Position numbers and translations under genes: made by a program. A stretch of 18,863 nt of DNA from a virus: UHGV virus genome UHGV-0268673, one strand, 5' to 3'. Of the stretch, positions 16,404-18,863 are shown one piece after another. The notes beneath the pieces are model-generated. The model searched no databases. It was not told the origin of the DNA and saw only the letters and a program-made list of their open reading frames with translations. Position 1 is the first letter of the stretch; every line of letters begins with the position of its first letter.

Positions 16404-17022
16404 ACAATTCCAACGAGCTGCTGGTATTAGCGAGGCGCTGGCCGCACGCTGGTTCTCGCATATAACTTCTGCGATGAAAGAGTTTGATATCAGCAAACCA
16501 GAAGATCAGGCAATGTTTATTGCTCAGGTCGGGCATGAGTCTGGAGGCTTCACCCGGTTGCAGGAAAATTTCAACTACAGCGTCAGCGGACTGGCGAGCT
16601 TTGTCAGGACTGGACGCCTCACCCAGGGACAGGCTAATGCACTGGGCCGCCGTGCTGGTGAACCACCATTGCCACTTGAGCGCCAACGCGCGATCGCAAA
16701 TCTGGTTTACAGCAAACGCATGGGTAACAATGCTCCCGGCGATGGCTGGAATTACCGTGGGCGCGGGCTTATCCAGATTACCGGTTTGAATAACTATCGT
16801 GACTGCGGAAACGGTCTGAAAGTTGACCTGCTGGAGAATCCTGAACTGCTGGCGCAGGACGAATACGCGGCTCGTAGCGCGGCGTGGTTCTTTGCCAGCA
16901 AAGGATGCATGAAGTATACCGGTGATATTGCACGTGTAACTCTGATTATCAATGGTGGCCGGAACGGCATCGACGACCGGCGCGCGCGGTACGTCACTGC
17001 CAGTAAGGTGCTGGCTATATGA
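16393..17022 (+). CDS. Endolysin, glycoside hydrolase family 19 (chitinase-like lysozyme), 209 aa
   Basis: Carries the GH19 signature-like segments [12 protein letters not shown] and [15 protein letters not shown]. Sits between holin-like genes and spanins. Stop overlaps the spanin start (ATGA). Confidence 0.85.
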   Translation: MEIKQFQRAAGISEALAARWFSHITSAMKEFDISKPEDQAMFIAQVGHESGGFTRLQENFNYSVSGLASFVRTGRLTQGQANALGRRAGEPPLPLERQRAIANLVYSKRMGNNAPGDGWNYRGRGLIQITGLNNYRDCGNGLKVDLLENPELLAQDEYAARSAAWFFASKGCMKYTGDIARVTLIINGGRNGIDDRRARYVTASKVLAI

Positions 17023-17501
17023 TCTGGGCATTCGTAAAAGCATATTGTAAACAACTACTTATCGTGGTGATGCTTGCTGCTCTGTTCATCGTCGGAGTGG
17101 TTGCCTGGAATATACACGGCAGTCGCCAGTACGATGCCGGGTATGCGCAGGCGGAAGAAGACCGCAAAGACGAAGAAGACAAAGTTCGTCAGTACTACGA
17201 ACAGGAGAAAGTGACCAATGAATGTGAAGCGCAGCAGAGAATCGACCAGGCGCGCAATGATGCTCTTGATGCTGCCGCTCGCGCTGGCAGGTTGCAGCAA
17301 CAACTCTTTGCCATCCGTGAGCAGCTCAGGCAGTATAACGCCATTGTCGGCGCTGGGACGTCAGCCGCAGACACCGGAGTTTTGCTTGCCGACGTGCTCA
17401 GCAAATCTCTCGAGAGAAACAGACAACTGGCAGAGTATGCTGACCGGGCAGCCGAAGCCGGAAGAGTCTGCGAAAAACAGTATGACACCCTGACAAGATA
17501 G
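17019..17501 (+). CDS. Rz-like inner-membrane spanin (i-spanin), 160 aa
   Basis: N-terminal TM helix ([18 protein letters not shown]) followed by a charged coiled-coil-like periplasmic domain. Directly downstream of the endolysin. Confidence 0.7.
   Translation: MIWAFVKAYCKQLLIVVMLAALFIVGVVAWNIHGSRQYDAGYAQAEEDRKDEEDKVRQYYEQEKVTNECEAQQRIDQARNDALDAAARAGRLQQQLFAIREQLRQYNAIVGAGTSAADTGVLLADVLSKSLERNRQLAEYADRAAEAGRVCEKQYDTLTR
17218..17493 (+). CDS. Rz1-like outer-membrane lipoprotein spanin (o-spanin) embedded in the +1 frame of the Rz-like gene
   Basis: ORF lies wholly inside the i-spanin gene in a different frame. Signal peptide with lipobox LALAGC (Cys about residue 26) and a Pro/Ser-rich mature region. 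AGGAGA upstream. The true start may be an internal Met. Confidence 0.55.
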   Translation: MNVKRSRESTRRAMMLLMLPLALAGCSNNSLPSVSSSGSITPLSALGRQPQTPEFCLPTCSANLSRETDNWQSMLTGQPKPEESAKNSMTP

Positions 17502-17651
17502 CATGGCATTTTTCATGGTACTGATTTCCGGTGACGGTATATAAAACGGTACGGTGAAAATCATGTTGCAGGAAGTTGTTATCAGTCAATTGGTTATGGT
17601 ATCCGTAAATAATTGAGTGGGAATGATTTGAACCCTGCACTATGAATGAAC

Positions 17652-17681
17652 AAAACCCTCTGTTACTACAGAGGGTTTTTT
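17652..17681. terminator. Bidirectional rho-independent terminator between the lysis cassette and the convergent minus-strand genes
   Basis: Perfect 12-bp stem AAAACCCTCTGT / ACAGAGGGTTTT with TACTA loop; A-tract on one side and T-tract on the other. Confidence 0.65.
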
Positions 17682-17719
17682 ATACTCACGAATCATAGGC
17701 TTGAAGTTACTGACATCGC

Positions 17720-18259
17720 TTAGTTAAACCAGCTGTCCGATTTGTTCTCTTCTGCTTTGCCCACGCTTTTCATCAGATCGCGACCGCCTTCAGTCATATT
17801 TCTGTTTGCGTCAGCTTCAGATTGCACCACATCGGTTTGCGCAGCTTTGTGCTTCAGTTCCTGATCGATAAATTCGTTTTCGCGCTTGACGCGGGCTTCT
17901 TCTTTCGCCAGCGCCAGTTTTTGTTTCTGAATCTCTAAGCTGCGTAGCTCATCTTCATAACTTTGATCGCGTTTTTTGTCCGCAGTGGCTTCGGCGTCCA
18001 GTTTATCCTGACGAGCTTTCTTATTCGCCGCTGCCGTTGCCGCTCTTTTATTAGCCGCGGCCTGGGCGTTTGCGCGACGTTGCTTCTCTTGCTGGATTTC
18101 CCTGTTGCGCTCCGCGACCCATTCGTCATGCTGCCTTTGCTCTTCATTTTTACCTTGCTGTTCCGCTTCTGCGACAGCCGAGAGTTGATCCTGCAATGAT
18201 GAGGCGATAGCCGGATAGCTTAAGGAGGCTAAGATGGCGCAAAGAAAAACTTTCTTCAT
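17720..18259 (-). CDS. Secreted, highly charged coiled-coil protein (179 aa), unknown function
   Basis: N-terminal signal peptide (MKKVFLCAILASLSYPAIA↓SS) and an E/K/Q/A-rich heptad-like body. GGAGGA Shine-Dalgarno upstream. Sits 15 bp downstream of the lipoprotein gene, so the two are probably co-transcribed. Confidence 0.6.
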   Translation of the reverse strand: MKKVFLCAILASLSYPAIASSLQDQLSAVAEAEQQGKNEEQRQHDEWVAERNREIQQEKQRRANAQAAANKRAATAAANKKARQDKLDAEATADKKRDQSYEDELRSLEIQKQKLALAKEEARVKRENEFIDQELKHKAAQTDVVQSEADANRNMTEGGRDLMKSVGKAEENKSDSWFN

Positions 18260-18274
18260 GACTCCTCCTGATCA

Positions 18275-18790
18275 TTAGCTCTTTTCAGGACATTTCGTAT
18301 TTGGCTGAATACGCGTTTCGTTATACGTCGTGGTAATAACAACGGCTAAACCTGTCGTAAACTGGCACTCTTTACCCACCTGGGTGGAGGTATACACTTT
18401 GGTGCCTTCCTTATACGTTAGAGAAACACCTTCCACTAAGGTTTTATCATTCACCATAGAACCCGCTGCCGCGCCAACAGCTCCGCCGCCAACTGCACCT
18501 GCCGTCGTTCCGGAATTGCTGCCAGACCCCACGTTGTGGCCGATTACACCGCCAGCGACTGCACCAATAAGCGCGCCGAAGGCTTGTGCGTTCCGTTTAT
18601 TTTGGGAGTTGTCTACGGCAACTTTTGCGGGAAGAATGGAAATAATATTAACGGTTTTAGTTTCTTGTTTGGTATTCAGTTGATCGGTTTGATAAACATC
18701 GGCGGCATGATCATCAGCATTTGACTGGCATCCTGCCAGAGTGAATGACGCTAACATTGCCACAGGCAGAAGACATTTTTTAAATTTCAT
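18275..18790 (-). CDS. Lipoprotein with a glycine-zipper segment (171 aa from the ATG at 18790), outer-membrane/envelope type
   Basis: Lipobox FTLAGC after a basic N-region. Gly-zipper motif GALIGAVAGGVIGHNVG…GAVGGGAVGAAAG typical of SlyB/YcfJ-like small envelope lipoproteins. AAGGAA Shine-Dalgarno 5 nt upstream of the ATG (the ORF track starts at GTG 18793). Confidence 0.65.
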   Translation of the reverse strand: MKFKKCLLPVAMLASFTLAGCQSNADDHAADVYQTDQLNTKQETKTVNIISILPAKVAVDNSQNKRNAQAFGALIGAVAGGVIGHNVGSGSNSGTTAGAVGGGAVGAAAGSMVNDKTLVEGVSLTYKEGTKVYTSTQVGKECQFTTGLAVVITTTYNETRIQPNTKCPEKS

Positions 18791-18863
18791 CACTATTCCT
18801 TGTTATACACATTACGAAAAATAAGACATTTAAGATCATCAAAAGAGGAAAGTAAATGTATTG

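Noticed and set aside
16159-17054. ORFs 16159..16380, 16299..16496, 16387..17043, 16484..16789 and 16794..17054 overlapping the holin and endolysin genes
   Set aside because: They overlap the well-supported holin-like and GH19 endolysin reading frames in other frames or on the opposite strand and have no independent support.
17195-18199. Additional overlapping ORFs around the spanin and coiled-coil genes (17195..17509 minus, 17361..17564 minus, 17935..18147 minus, 17963..18199 plus)
   Set aside because: Alternative-frame or antisense ORFs inside better-supported genes. Only the + strand 17218..17493 ORF was kept, because it has a lipobox and matches the known embedded Rz1 architecture.
1-18863. 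CRISPR arrays, insertion sequences or transposase genes, rRNA/tRNA genes
   Set aside because: No regularly spaced direct repeats, no terminal inverted repeats flanking a transposase-like ORF, and no tRNA-like or rRNA-like sequence seen on reading the window.

Overview
This window reads as part of a temperate short-tailed (podovirus-type) prophage, probably in an enterobacterial host, with a virion module organised like T7 or epsilon15-type phages. From left to right on the + strand: the 3' part of a tail/hub structural gene (open from base 1), two small virion genes, two very large internal/ejection-type virion genes (915 and 1129 aa), a tailspike with a T7 gp17-like N-terminal adaptor, and a lysis cassette (two holin-like proteins, a GH19 endolysin, Rz/Rz1-type spanins with Rz1 embedded). 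A bidirectional terminator follows, then two minus-strand envelope protein genes. The most interesting part is a roughly 4.2-kb mosaic accessory island (8676-12870) inserted between the last large virion gene and the tailspike. It carries an anti-repressor-like regulatory module: a Bro-N protein, an 85-aa paralogue of its C-terminal domain preceded by a near-consensus LexA box, and three copies of a TTACCT-N3-AGGTAA palindrome. It also carries an AT-rich minus-strand gene cluster (69-aa protein, 3-TM membrane protein, unlisted 38-aa single-TM peptide, 106-aa protein) and a head-to-head pair of AT-rich genes, one secreted. I propose the membrane-protein cluster, under the SOS/anti-repressor-like regulatory unit, as a candidate undescribed superinfection-exclusion, defence or lysogenic-conversion system. 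All calls rest on reading the sequence and the ORF translations; no database search or numeric computation was run.
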